A stretch of DNA of 64,000 nucleotides from an uncultured Candidatus Saccharibacteria bacterium (GCA_964456855.1 CAYWCU010000001.1:8442-72441); one strand, 5' to 3'. Counted from the stretch's first letter, positions 1 through 11,518 are shown. Notes: generated from the sequence alone by a model not told the origin. Program-made: numbers and translations.

Positions 1-102
1 GTAACTGCAAAGAGCCTCGCCGTTAAGTCAGCGGGCTCTCTTCCGGTGCCTTTATTATACACTAAATTCGTTTTTTAAGGAAAAGTGAGATGTGGAAAAG
101 GA

Positions 103-345
103 CTATTCCCCTGTCTTTATCATATATGTATCCTTGAGCCGGTAGCCGAGTTTTTTGTAATAGCCGCGAACTCCGACTCCTGAAATGACCGCCATTTTTT
201 TAAATCCCGCTTTTCGGGCGATTTTCTCCGCCTCGCCGACAAGTGATTTGCCCATCCCCATGTGCTGGCTCTGTTCTCCTTTTTGAGAGATAGACGCCAA
301 GCGACCGTAGGTGTGAAGCTCTCTTATTAAGGCGCTGTTTTTCAA
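103..345 (-). pseudogene. C-terminal GNAT fragment of an Elp3-like radical SAM/acetyltransferase
   Basis: IRELHTYG...QHMGMGKSL...AEKIA...VISGVGVRGYYKKLGY matches the Elp3 C-terminus. Only 80 aa, and no radical SAM part lies upstream in the window. Confidence 0.7.
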
Positions 346-439
346 AAGATTTCAAAACAAATTCTGATGGAATTTAAGGAGTACTGCCCGATTCAAAAAT
401 TATCGGAATGACGCGATTACTCGCTGTTCCGCCTAAACT

Positions 440-481
440 AAAAAGGCTCTGGTGAATTTAATTCTCCGGAGCCTTTGTTTT
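440..481 (-). terminator. Intrinsic terminator after 486-1199
   Basis: aaaaaggctctgg...ccggagcctttgttt inverted repeat with T tract. Confidence 0.55.
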
Positions 482-485
482 GGAT

Positions 486-1199
486 TTATCCACTCTGTTT
501 CTGTTCTGTTGAATAGAACAGAATTTTTTTCATAATTTCTCCGTTTGAAGCGAACAACTCGGTAACCGTTTCCCAGTATACCGATTCTTCATCCGTGCCT
601 CGCTCTTTCACTTTTTTGTATAATTTGGAAATGCGCCGACCCAAACCGTCAACAATTTCCATGGAACTTTCCAGTCGGCAATCGACCATAATTTTGATGG
701 CTGAAAAGATATAGCCATCATCAAAATACGGACCCTGCACCAATTCTGCCATGAAATGAAAGAGTTCATCGCATGGCTTAATCGCCTGGATATTCGCCAT
801 ACAGGCATACAAGAGCTCGGGGTGTTCCCCCGCCAAAAGCTCCAACAACCCGTCCAATGCCTCAACGGCACCGATATAACCGAGCAAGTAAATCAAATCG
901 CCGGCGATTTGATTTACTTGCTCGGTGTTGGCTTCTTGGGCACATTTGCGAAGCGCGAGTCCTATCGCCTTGCGATATAACTCCTTTTCGCGTTCGCGGA
1001 CATAACGACGGTAACTGACCGCCAGCACCTCCACCGGTGACTCCATGCCGTTTGTTATCATAAAATGGTACAGTTCCCTTTGATTTTTCTTGCCGTTTGA
1101 CGGTCGCTGCCGATGTAAATCGCCAAGCGACTTCCATAACCATTCGGCAAATTGCTCCTTATTCTTTAATCCAGTTAACTCTTCAATGAATTCTGACAT
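486..1199 (-). CDS. Hypothetical alpha-helical protein, SD-bearing class
   Basis: 237 aa ORF; AGGGAGGT SD at 1204-1211; TTGACT-N17-TAGTTT promoter near 1264-1292. Confidence 0.75.
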   Translation of the reverse strand: MSEFIEELTGLKNKEQFAEWLWKSLGDLHRQRPSNGKKNQRELYHFMITNGMESPVEVLAVSYRRYVREREKELYRKAIGLALRKCAQEANTEQVNQIAGDLIYLLGYIGAVEALDGLLELLAGEHPELLYACMANIQAIKPCDELFHFMAELVQGPYFDDGYIFSAIKIMVDCRLESSMEIVDGLGRRISKLYKKVKERGTDEESVYWETVTELFASNGEIMKKILFYSTEQKQSG

Positions 1200-1336
1200 A
1201 ACAACCTCCCTCGCGCCTTATTTGGCGCGGTATATACATTGTAAAAGTGCCAAGTATGCTTAAAAACTAAAGGATAGCGGCGCGAAAGTCAATGCGCGCT
1301 TTTGCTTTAAACATTTTTTCATATTATTATTTGAAG

Positions 1337-2029
1337 ATGGACAAGGAACCAAACCATAAAATAATTGCTCGCGCGCAAACCGCGGATGAAGAATTTGACT
1401 ATCTTGCGCGGATTTTTGGAAGAATGGGTTTTTATAACGAGCATGGATACAAAGTTGCGATTCCGGAACATCCGTTCTTTGTAAATATTTCAAACAATCT
1501 TGATTTACTTAAATCACTGGACATGGGCGAGGCAAGAGAGATATTCAAGAGAGAAGTATATAATTTGAATTATTTTAAAAATGGATTGCGCGCCATAAAC
1601 GAAAATATTAGTTTGGCGAAAAACGCCCTAGAAAGAACGGTGGGGTGGGCAGATTGGGGTTTCAGACTTTTTCCTGATTACAAGGTCAGGTTAACTGCTT
1701 ATGGACCGGGTGGGTCATATGATTACATGAATGGCAATATCATTATGAAGACAACGCCGGGCTGTAAATTTAAACGCGCCCCCTTACACACCATGGTTCA
1801 CGAAATTATTCATATTGGGATTGAAGAATCCATTATAAAAAAGTCTAAACTAACTCATACCGAAAAGGAGGGACTTGTGGACGCAATTTGCGTAAATTGT
1901 TTTGGAGATATATTGACCGATTACCAAGTGCAAAAACGAGGAGATAAAAATGTCTTTAATCTCGCTTCCCAGAATAACATCATGAATCTCCCGCGAGTTA
2001 TCGCGGAATATAAAAAACAACAAGTTTAA
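1337..2029 (+). CDS. Hypothetical protein with HExxH zincin-like motif
   Basis: MVHEIIHIGIE motif; start moved to MDKE. Confidence 0.7.
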   Translation: MDKEPNHKIIARAQTADEEFDYLARIFGRMGFYNEHGYKVAIPEHPFFVNISNNLDLLKSLDMGEAREIFKREVYNLNYFKNGLRAINENISLAKNALERTVGWADWGFRLFPDYKVRLTAYGPGGSYDYMNGNIIMKTTPGCKFKRAPLHTMVHEIIHIGIEESIIKKSKLTHTEKEGLVDAICVNCFGDILTDYQVQKRGDKNVFNLASQNNIMNLPRVIAEYKKQQV

Positions 2030-2045
2030 ATCACTATAGCCCTAT

Positions 2046-2522
2046 ATGAATATTAAAAACCTGAAACAGTTTCGCGAGTTGTTAATTGAAAATAAAAAAT
2101 CAATTTCCGGCTTGGAATACACAAAAAATAATTACGGCAATACTGGCAACTTGATTAAAGAAAGTTTGCCAACCATTACGACCGATTTTTGCGAAATTGG
2201 ATTATATAACGGCGAAATCTATTTTGTTTTTATAATAGATCCGAAAACATTCAACTTGGGGTTCTTTGATAAAATAAAAAACATACCTAATATGAAAATG
2301 TACGGATTCACGGATTTTAATAAAATTTTATATCCCGCGAATAATTTTGATTCTGACGCTTTTATTAAACAAATTCAAAAAGACAAGTATCTCCAAATTC
2401 AATTTGATTTCAAAAATATTGATGCGTTAGCTTTGTTTAAAGAATATTCCGGCTTGGTGAATATTTTTAAAAAAAGCAAAGTCGCGGTTGTTAACCAGTT
2501 GAAGATTGATTTAACTGGTTAA
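2046..2522 (+). CDS. Hypothetical protein
   Basis: 158 aa AT-rich ORF directly after the previous gene. Confidence 0.7.
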   Translation: MNIKNLKQFRELLIENKKSISGLEYTKNNYGNTGNLIKESLPTITTDFCEIGLYNGEIYFVFIIDPKTFNLGFFDKIKNIPNMKMYGFTDFNKILYPANNFDSDAFIKQIQKDKYLQIQFDFKNIDALALFKEYSGLVNIFKKSKVAVVNQLKIDLTG

Positions 2523-2718
2523 CAACAACCGGGTTACTGGGCCGTTTTTTTATTGCCGTAAAAACAATTACGCCTTCCTTTTTTTCAAATGGATACCCTT
2601 GCTCTAAATACTTTTTTGCATTATCCTTTAAGCAAGTCGATATTAAAAAATAATCCGTTTATTTCGCGTCCAATTGCTAATTGATTTGAACGGTTAACGC
2701 GAAAGAAATCAAAAAAAT

Positions 2719-3111
2719 ATGGAAGAAATGGGAAAATTTGAAAAAAAAGAACAACTTTCTCCTGTGGAGGAGCTGTTTAAAATAAGAAGATTTTTAATGG
2801 ATGAGGGTCCTTACCGCCTAATTAAGGAAGGTCACGAAATAAAAAATGATCTCAATTACTGCGAAGAAACACTGAAGGATTATTTGGATTCATTGGATTT
2901 GTCATGGATGACGGAAGCGGACATAAACTTGATTAGAAAGCCGGCGGATAAATGGAAAGAGATAATGGAAAAACGAGAAAAGGGAAACGGACACGGCGAA
3001 CAACCCAAAATGATGAAAAAACAAATTGATGACTTTTTGAGGGATCCTTATTACACGATAAACTTGCTTGAAAAATTAAAGCAGCTGAGAAACAGCGATT
3101 TGAGCAAATAA
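2719..3111 (+). CDS. Hypothetical charged protein
   Basis: 130 aa E/K-rich ORF with A-rich leader. Confidence 0.7.
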   Translation: MEEMGKFEKKEQLSPVEELFKIRRFLMDEGPYRLIKEGHEIKNDLNYCEETLKDYLDSLDLSWMTEADINLIRKPADKWKEIMEKREKGNGHGEQPKMMKKQIDDFLRDPYYTINLLEKLKQLRNSDLSK

Positions 3112-3202
3112 ACTTGCGCGCCCCCGAATGGCGCGCAAAGATTAAATAAGAAATTTTCACTCAGGCAAGGTCAATATAATTTACTGAATTTAACATAAAA
3201 AC

Positions 3203-3486
3203 ATGGAAAATAATGCTGAGAAAAGGGAAGCAACAGAAGAAGAAAAAAGGAAGCCCTTGACGAACTAATGAGGGCAATGGATGATCAAGTAAATTTCTGA
3301 TTTTGGGCAAAAATGGCGGGTGAAATGCCGGAAAAGGAACGCGAGGAAAAACTTGAAGAAGCCCTTGACCGCACCGATAAAGCTACCGGTAAATGTTTAC
3401 GATTGGGCATAACAAAAAAAGATGCCGAAAAATACCGCAGTGAATGGGTGAAAAGAGAAGAAGAGGAAGAAGAAACAGAAGAATAA
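3203..3486 (+). pseudogene. Decayed E/K-rich hypothetical gene
   Basis: MENNAEKREATEEEK then a frameshift in the A run near 3243-3248, in-frame TGA at 3298-3300, and a coherent continuation to ...EEEEETEE stop. Confidence 0.5.
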
Positions 3487-3537
3487 TAAACCTCCTGCAT
3501 CATTCAGTTGGACGCAATATGCGCTTTAACCGGTATT

Positions 3538-4824
3538 TTATTGTAATTTTTTAATCAATCTTCTAAATTGGTCGCCCCGGTCAAATTCGTTTTTAAAAAG
3601 ATTAAAACTTGCCGCGCCCGGCGAAAGCAAAATAACATCTCCCCGCTTCGCCAAACTCTTCGCCTTCGCGACCGCGTCTTTCATGTCCCGCGCCATGTGC
3701 ATCACCGAGTCATGCACATTTTCTTTGAGAATTTTGTCCGTCGCGGTTCCGGGAAGCAGTATCAACGCTTTCGTAGCTTTACGCGCCTCTTTAATAAAAT
3801 TTTTGTAATCCAGTTTTTTATTAACTCCTCCGGCGATTAAAATTATTTTGCCCTTGTGCTGTCTTAATGAGTTCAAGGCGTAAACAGCCGCCTCGGGCAT
3901 CGTCGCCGCAGAATCGTTGATATATTTTACGCCGCCCTTCTCGCCGACAAGCTCCATCCGGTGCGGAACGCCTTTGAAATTTTTTAAAGTTTTTTCAATT
4001 GTCTTTTTTGAGACGCCAGCAAGTTTGGCAACCGCGACAGCGGCGGCGTATTTGCTTTCTTTCTCGGAAAACCAAGTTACCTTCGCTTTCGCCTTTTGGG
4101 CGAATTTTTTCAATCCCCTGTCATCCTTGTTAAGAATCAACGAGTCGCCTTCTTTTTGGAATCTGAAAATGTTTTTCTTGTCGCCGTAATATTCCCGCAA
4201 GTTCTTATATTTGTCCATATGCTCTGGCATCAAATTCGTAATAATGGCAATTTGCGGGCTCCTCCTTATTGTTTTGAATTCTTGCAGAAGCCAGCTGGAA
4301 AGTTCAGCGACGACTATCGTGTCTTTCTTAATCTTGTTTAAAATCGCAAGCGGGGATTTTCCGATGTTTCCGCACAACACCGCGTCTTTTCCGGCATTTT
4401 TCAAAATTTCATAAACAAGCGTGGCGGTGACGCTCTTCCCTTTCGTGCCGGTTATCCCGACGAGTAAATTGTCGGAGCGTTCCTCAAAAAAAATCGTCCA
4501 GTCGTTTATAATCGGAATTTTATTTTCGCGCGCAATTTTCAAATATGGCGAGTTTTTGGGCACGGCGGGGTTTTTGAATATGAAGTCCGCGTCTTTAAAA
4601 TCTTTTTTTCTGTGCCTGCCAAAGACATATTTAATTTGCCCCGGCGCGCGAAACTTGTCCAATCTTTTTAGCTGACCTTCAAGTTCGTTCCCCTTTCTTA
4701 GGTCGGTAATCAAAAGATTCGCGCCGTGGCGCAGAAAAAACAGAGCGGCAGAAATCCCGCTTCCATCGCTATAAGAACCAAGCCCCATAATGATGATTTT
4801 CTTGTTTTTAAAGGTTTCTGACAT
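3538..4824 (-). CDS. murD: UDP-N-acetylmuramoyl-L-alanine--D-glutamate ligase
   Basis: GITGTKGKS P-loop, GNIG, ELSSWLL, PHRME, YINDSAAT, LLSPGAASFNLFKNEFDRG. Confidence 0.92.
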   Translation of the reverse strand: MSETFKNKKIIIMGLGSYSDGSGISAALFFLRHGANLLITDLRKGNELEGQLKRLDKFRAPGQIKYVFGRHRKKDFKDADFIFKNPAVPKNSPYLKIARENKIPIINDWTIFFEERSDNLLVGITGTKGKSVTATLVYEILKNAGKDAVLCGNIGKSPLAILNKIKKDTIVVAELSSWLLQEFKTIRRSPQIAIITNLMPEHMDKYKNLREYYGDKKNIFRFQKEGDSLILNKDDRGLKKFAQKAKAKVTWFSEKESKYAAAVAVAKLAGVSKKTIEKTLKNFKGVPHRMELVGEKGGVKYINDSAATMPEAAVYALNSLRQHKGKIILIAGGVNKKLDYKNFIKEARKATKALILLPGTATDKILKENVHDSVMHMARDMKDAVAKAKSLAKRGDVILLSPGAASFNLFKNEFDRGDQFRRLIKKLQ

Positions 4825-5683
4825 AAGAGCCAAACACATCCATCAATTTTTGGGTATTTTCGCCAACTTTGCCGTTGCTCACCTTTTTTCCGTCAATATC
4901 CACCACGGGAAGAATATCCTTATTGCTCGCGGTGATAAAAGCCTCGTCGGCGGAGCGCAATTCACTCTTCTTGATTTCTCTCTCCTGGACTTTAAAATCT
5001 TTCCGCGCCAGCTTGAGAACCAAATTTCTGGTGGTGCCGAGCAAAATATCTTTCTTCGGGGTGATTAAAGTCGCGCCCTTTCCGCCGGAGGCGGATCCGC
5101 CTCCTGCGGAGAAAATGAAAAAGTTGCTCGTTGAACATTCCAAAACGCGTCCACTGTCAGTGTAAAGAATTTCAAACGCTTTTTTCTTTCTTAGCTCTGA
5201 ATTGTAAAGCCGAACGGCGGAGATGTAATTCAATGTCTTCGCCCTCGGTATTTCCCGCCTGTGTTCAAGGGTAATAAGTTTGACCCCACCTTTATACAAT
5301 CTGGCCGGCGGTTTTTTTGACTCCTCAATTAAGATGAAAAAGGTGGGGGAAGAAGAATCAAAGCCCATGCCGTTTTTCATTTCTCCACCGGTCAAAACAA
5401 TCCGCGCGTTTGATTCATTGAAGCCATTTTTCGCAATAAGTTTGTCTATAATTTTTCTCAACTCCGTATCGCTGACGGACAATTTAAAATTGAAGAGTTT
5501 CGCAGAGTTCTTAAATCTTTCAATGTGCTCATCGTATAAAAACGGCTTTCCGTTAATCGTCCTGAAAAAATCAAAGACTCCATACCCGCGCAAAAGCCCT
5601 ATATCCCTCGGGCTGATACGCGCCCTCTCAAGAGGAATTATTTCCCCGTTAAAATAACAATATTGTTTTCGTGCTTTGTTCAT
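4808..5683 (-). CDS. PLP fold-type IV aminotransferase (D-amino-acid/branched-chain family)
   Basis: DIGLLRGYGVFD, KTLNY, ECSTSNFF, LLGTTR, ADEAFITAS; overlaps the murD start. Confidence 0.9.
   Translation of the reverse strand: MNKARKQYCYFNGEIIPLERARISPRDIGLLRGYGVFDFFRTINGKPFLYDEHIERFKNSAKLFNFKLSVSDTELRKIIDKLIAKNGFNESNARIVLTGGEMKNGMGFDSSSPTFFILIEESKKPPARLYKGGVKLITLEHRREIPRAKTLNYISAVRLYNSELRKKKAFEILYTDSGRVLECSTSNFFIFSAGGGSASGGKGATLITPKKDILLGTTRNLVLKLARKDFKVQEREIKKSELRSADEAFITASNKDILPVVDIDGKKVSNGKVGENTQKLMDVFGSYVRNL
5081..5110. repeat. 30-bp GC-rich palindrome inserted in frame (encodes SAGGGSASGG)
   Basis: tccgccggaggcgga/tccgcctcctgcgga, 14 of 15 pairs complementary. Confidence 0.8.
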
Positions 5684-5806
5684 TGTTCTAATTATACCAA
5701 AAAAAACCGGGGCGCGCACCCGTCGGAAGCGTGGATTGCAAAATATAACGGGACCTGATATGAATACAATAAGAGCACGGAGAAAAATCAAAAAAAGGGG
5801 GTGGCT

Positions 5807-6043
5807 ATGGTCATAACCATAAACACTAAAAAAACACCGCGGGAATTTACAATAAACACCGAAACTCCCGTGCCGATTGAGGAAATTGAAAGGGAGATAA
5901 AGGGAATAGTCTTATCCATTGACGGCAAGGTGGATATACGCAAGGGAACAATGGTTCCTCCCGGAGCCACGATGACATTCTCATCAGATTATCTTGATAA
6001 TCTGATTGACGAATATTTCAAAACCTTGCCCGGATATGGGTGA
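5807..6043 (+). CDS. Small hypothetical protein, SD-bearing class
   Basis: 78 aa; AAGGGGGTGG before the ATG; terminator hairpin at about 6102-6134. Confidence 0.6.
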   Translation: MVITINTKKTPREFTINTETPVPIEEIEREIKGIVLSIDGKVDIRKGTMVPPGATMTFSSDYLDNLIDEYFKTLPGYG

Positions 6044-6120
6044 GGACCGAAATCTTGCCGGTCTGGCGAGGATGATAAAAAGGATTAAAAGACCAGCAAT
6101 GAAGAGTCAAGTCAAAACGC

Positions 6121-6185
6121 TTGACTCTTTTTTTCATCAAGTATATACTATGATAGTACTGAATTAACGACAGAACCTTAACAGG
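6121..6185 (+). promoter_or_regulatory. rRNA promoter and boxA-like antitermination element
   Basis: TTGACT (6121)-N17-TATACT (6144); CAGAACCTTAAC at 6171-6182. Confidence 0.7.
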
Positions 6186-6400
6186 TGAATACAGCATTCA
6201 TCGCGCTCTGGCAGTCTATATTTATATTGGCTGTTAAGAGCACTTTAATTTTGATTTATGATCTGAATCAGAATATTATTTTTTCTTTTGTTCCGTTCTA
6301 GGCCGGATGTTCGTTTTAACGAGCACTGTAGGCCGAACGTAGATTTGATGGATTTTGAAACTTGCTCATTGAGCAATTTTCAAGAAACTCAATTCTTCGT

Positions 6401-7966
<1,566 letters not shown>

Positions 7967-8152
7967 ATCAATTTTTTCATCTTAGGATGAAAAGTGATTA
8001 GGTCGGTTCCGCCCTATGGCGGAATTAGGTATTGGTCTTGGAGCCTTAAATTAAGACCGGAAAAACTCGCTTAAATTTCGCTTTGCGAAACACTGGGCGG
8101 GAAGGACGGAACAAAAGAAAGAATAATGTTCAATGAATTTTTAACGAAATGC

Positions 8153-8183
8153 AAAAAACGGACAGCTTATGCTGTCCGTTTTG
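8153..8183 (+). terminator. Terminator of the 16S transcript
   Basis: aaaacggacagc-ttat-gctgtccgtttt. Confidence 0.7.
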
Positions 8184-8457
8184 GGTTTTCATCTGCCCCG
8201 CCTTTTAATGCCATTCTCCGCATGAGCATGGCCCTTTGCCACCATTCACGCCGAACCGGCCCTCAAACTTATGGCACCCATTTTCTTTTTCATGCAAACA
8301 CCTTTTTTAATGCATAATCCAGACACATTAAATTCCTGTTTGCAAAATGGCGTTTTTTTGCTATGATAAAAAAAGTTTTGGAATTCAGAAAGGTTGCCTG
8401 CCGACGCGAAACACTCGCAATTCAGAGAAAACAGGCATTGATATTCAAACAATCCTT

Positions 8458-8532
8458 GCGCGTGTAGTTCAATGGTAGAACGCTATCCTGATAAGATAGA
8501 GGTCGTAGGTTCGATTCCTACCACGCGCACCA
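8458..8532 (+). tRNA. tRNA-Ile(GAT)
   Basis: GCGCGTG/CACGCGC acceptor, CT-GAT-AA loop, GGTTCGATTCC, encoded CCA. Confidence 0.95.
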
Positions 8533-9590
8533 TGAACTTTCAAGATTTATTACAATTTAAGATGTTTGGCAACACAGGCAAAGATTATCTTCTCGCTTTG
8601 GCTATTTTGATTGGCGCATTGATTCTTCTGAAAATTTTCCGCGAAATTATCTTAAGCCGACTCAAAAAAGTGGCGGAAAAAACAAAGACCGACTTGGACG
8701 ATATTTTAGTAAAAATCGTCCATGACATAACCCCTCCTTTTTACCTTATCATTTCCATATACGCCACGTTGAAGTTTTTAAAAATGCCCGGCCTGGCGGA
8801 GAGAATCGTGGACGGCATATTTGTTTTAGTGATTGTTTTTCAGGCGGTCGTGGCACTGCAAATTTTTATTGATTACTGGACGCAAAAACTGGTTGAGAAA
8901 AGAATACAAAAAGATGAAACCAAAAATAAAGCGGCGCTGAAAAGCATTGGTTCGGCGCTTAAATTTTTGCTCTGGTTATTAGCCACCCTTGTTGTGCTTT
9001 CCAGTTGGGGCATAAATATCACTTCTTTGATTGCGGGACTGGGCATTGGCGGAATAGCCGTGGCTTTCGCCTTGCAAAACATCTTGAGCGACATATTCAG
9101 CTCCTTTTCCATTTTCTTTGACAAACCTTTTCAAGTCGGGGATTTCATAATTGTCGGCTCGGACATGGGGACAGTGGAAAAAATAGGGCTTAAAAGCACC
9201 CGCTTGAGAACGCTTCAAGGGCAAGAAATGATTATTTCCAACAAAGAACTCACGGAGGCGCGTGTCAACAACTATAAGAAAATGGAGAGCCGAAGAATTG
9301 TTTTCGGTTTTGGGGTGCTTTACGAAACGCCCACGAAAAAACTGAAAAAAATTCCGGAAATGGTGACGGATATCATATCCAAAGAAGAACTGGCGAAACT
9401 GGACAGGATTCATTTCAAAGAATTTGGCGACTTCAGCCTGAATTTTGAAGTTGTTTATTATGTTTCCACGCCGGACTACAACGACTATATGAACACCCAG
9501 CAATCAATAAATTTCGCGATTAAGGAAGCATTTGAGAAGGAGGGCATAGAATTCGCCTACCCCACCCAAACGGTTTTCGTCAAAAAATAA
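8532..9590 (+). CDS. mscS: Small-conductance mechanosensitive channel
   Basis: GLGIGGIAVAFALQNILSD, DKPFQVGDFI, IEFAYPTQ; the ATG shares the last A of the tRNA CCA. Confidence 0.92.
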   Translation: MNFQDLLQFKMFGNTGKDYLLALAILIGALILLKIFREIILSRLKKVAEKTKTDLDDILVKIVHDITPPFYLIISIYATLKFLKMPGLAERIVDGIFVLVIVFQAVVALQIFIDYWTQKLVEKRIQKDETKNKAALKSIGSALKFLLWLLATLVVLSSWGINITSLIAGLGIGGIAVAFALQNILSDIFSSFSIFFDKPFQVGDFIIVGSDMGTVEKIGLKSTRLRTLQGQEMIISNKELTEARVNNYKKMESRRIVFGFGVLYETPTKKLKKIPEMVTDIISKEELAKLDRIHFKEFGDFSLNFEVVYYVSTPDYNDYMNTQQSINFAIKEAFEKEGIEFAYPTQTVFVKK

Positions 9591-9618
9591 AGTTTCTTCT
9601 CTTTTCATAAAAACTAAA

Positions 9619-9648
9619 AAACCACCAAAGGAGGCCTTTGGTGGTTTG
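9619..9648. terminator. Bidirectional terminator
   Basis: aaaccaccaaagg-agg-cctttggtggttt between convergent genes. Confidence 0.75.
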
Positions 9649-9659
9649 TTCTTTATTTG

Positions 9660-10289
9660 TTACAGGAGGAAAAGTTTCCCCGGATTTTTGAACTTATAAT
9701 CCGGATTAAGCGAGAGCAGTTTCTCCCACTTATAAATCCCCCATCCAACAATCCCCGTCTTGATACCGGCATTTTTTCCGGCCATCACATCGGCGTCCGA
9801 GTCGCCAATTATGACTGCATCGGCGTAATTGGCGTCCATTTTTCTGATAATCAAATGGATGCCTTCCGGATCCGGCTTTATCCTCTTACCAATATCGTCA
9901 GAACCGAAAATCGGTCCGGAAAAATATCTCCTCAAGCCGCCAAGGGATTCATATATGGAATCATGACTGCTTGAAGATAAGAGCGCCAGCTCATGCCTTC
10001 CCGACAGCTCCTTTAAGAGCTTCGGCACCCACGGGAAAATCCGCGTGTGCTTGTCGTAGTGGGCGTGGAAAATCTCGTCCACTACACCATATTCCTCCCT
10101 GGTGAAAACCCCGATGGCCTCAAGATTTTTCATAAAATCCAGGTTATACCACTCCCTGAATTCCTTGAGGTTTTTAAAAAAATCATCCGGGCCTTTCCCT
10201 TTATAGGCGATTAGGGCCCTGTACCCCTCCAACAGGCCTTTCCACGGAATACTTCTCAGCACCCCGTCAAAATCAAGAATTATCAGCAT
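9660..10289 (-). CDS. HAD-superfamily phosphatase, SD-bearing class
   Basis: LDFDGVL motif I, KPDPEG, IGDSDADV; AAGGAGGG at 10294-10301. Confidence 0.9.
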   Translation of the reverse strand: MLIILDFDGVLRSIPWKGLLEGYRALIAYKGKGPDDFFKNLKEFREWYNLDFMKNLEAIGVFTREEYGVVDEIFHAHYDKHTRIFPWVPKLLKELSGRHELALLSSSSHDSIYESLGGLRRYFSGPIFGSDDIGKRIKPDPEGIHLIIRKMDANYADAVIIGDSDADVMAGKNAGIKTGIVGWGIYKWEKLLSLNPDYKFKNPGKLFLL

Positions 10290-10434
10290 TCATCCCTCCT
10301 TATACTTATATATGTATTTTGTTAATTTACATCCTCTGTTTTTATACTACCCAACCCCAAAATAAAAGCAAGGCGGAAAGGCGTTTAAACCCCTTTCCGC
10401 CTTGCTAAAGTAAATCGGGTTGATTTCGCGAATA

Positions 10435-11427
10435 TCACCCGCGAATAAAGAGGCTTCCTATTCCCGCCAATATCCCCAACAATAAGACGAGCGTCAGCCA
10501 TTCGTTGGCGCCACGAACCGTATCGGAAACGGCGCTTACCACGCTTGCCGTTTGCTCCATTTCATAGCTTGAGGAGGGGTCAGTTTCAGCAATTTCTTCT
10601 TTGTCTACCGATTCGGGAACGACCGCCCCACCTGTTGAAACCTCATCATCGTATTTAACAACGGCTTCGTCTTTTTTCTCATCCACTTCCTTTTTAACAA
10701 CTTGTTTGGCTTTTGTTTCACTCTCTTTTTCCAATTCTCGCGCGACCGGTTTATTTTTCGCAAGGTCGAACTTTGTTTCAATGGGAACGGCCTTCGGCTC
10801 AGGTTCCGCCTTCGGCTTTTCCTGAATAATCGGCTTGTCAGAGACGGGCGTTTTAAGGATATCCTCATCTGTTTGATTCGGCTGTTTCAAATCTTCCGAG
10901 GCGGAATCGTTCTCTGTGACCAAAGAAAGTCCGGCGTTCAAAGCCTTCGGAGTGGGCGTCGCCGTAATCCACAAAACTCCGTTCCACTGCATTGTTTCTT
11001 TGCTTTCGTTATTTCCCGCCGGCCACCCGTTTTGGGCGTCTATTTTTTGAATTTCATTTCCCGACGCATTCTTCAATATCAATATTGACCCGGTGTTTTT
11101 CAGCCCCTTTCTCCCGAAAGACACCGCGACATCCGCGGCGACATTCGGAACGGAATCGTCATTGGTTCTTTCAATCAGATAATATCCGCCGGGAGATATC
11201 TCGCCTTTTAGGTCGATTTCCTTGCTCCCGACAATCTCCATAATCCAATCATCAAGGCTCACCGCCTGCGAAGAATTATTGTAAAGCTCCATCCATTCAT
11301 CATTGGCGTTTTGTCTCGCCGTCCCTCCGTTGTCGCTCCCCATCCAGGCGACTTCATTAATGATGACATTCGCGGAAGCGAAAAAGGGAGAAACGAGAAA
11401 AAGAAAAATTAAAAAAGCGGTTTTCAT
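10435..11427 (-). CDS. Secreted lamin-tail-domain protein with C-terminal membrane anchor
   Basis: Signal peptide, VIINEVAWMG...DEWMELYN, TPTPKALN, low-complexity linker, C-terminal TM. Confidence 0.82.
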   Translation of the reverse strand: MKTAFLIFLFLVSPFFASANVIINEVAWMGSDNGGTARQNANDEWMELYNNSSQAVSLDDWIMEIVGSKEIDLKGEISPGGYYLIERTNDDSVPNVAADVAVSFGRKGLKNTGSILILKNASGNEIQKIDAQNGWPAGNNESKETMQWNGVLWITATPTPKALNAGLSLVTENDSASEDLKQPNQTDEDILKTPVSDKPIIQEKPKAEPEPKAVPIETKFDLAKNKPVARELEKESETKAKQVVKKEVDEKKDEAVVKYDDEVSTGGAVVPESVDKEEIAETDPSSSYEMEQTASVVSAVSDTVRGANEWLTLVLLLGILAGIGSLFIRG

Positions 11428-11518
11428 CTTATCTATAAGAATAACAGAATACCGCTTTATTCTCAAACAACCCGAAACAAAAAAACCGCCCCATTGATGC
11501 CGGGGCGGCGTTGGCTCT

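Noticed and set aside
3203-3486. TGA recoding (code 25) suggested by an in-frame TGA
   Set aside because: RF2 with SPF is present, several genes end in TGA, long genes have no internal TGA, and this ORF also has a frameshift
8472-8531. N-terminal extension of MscS given in the ORF track
   Set aside because: It is the tRNA-Ile sequence read in frame
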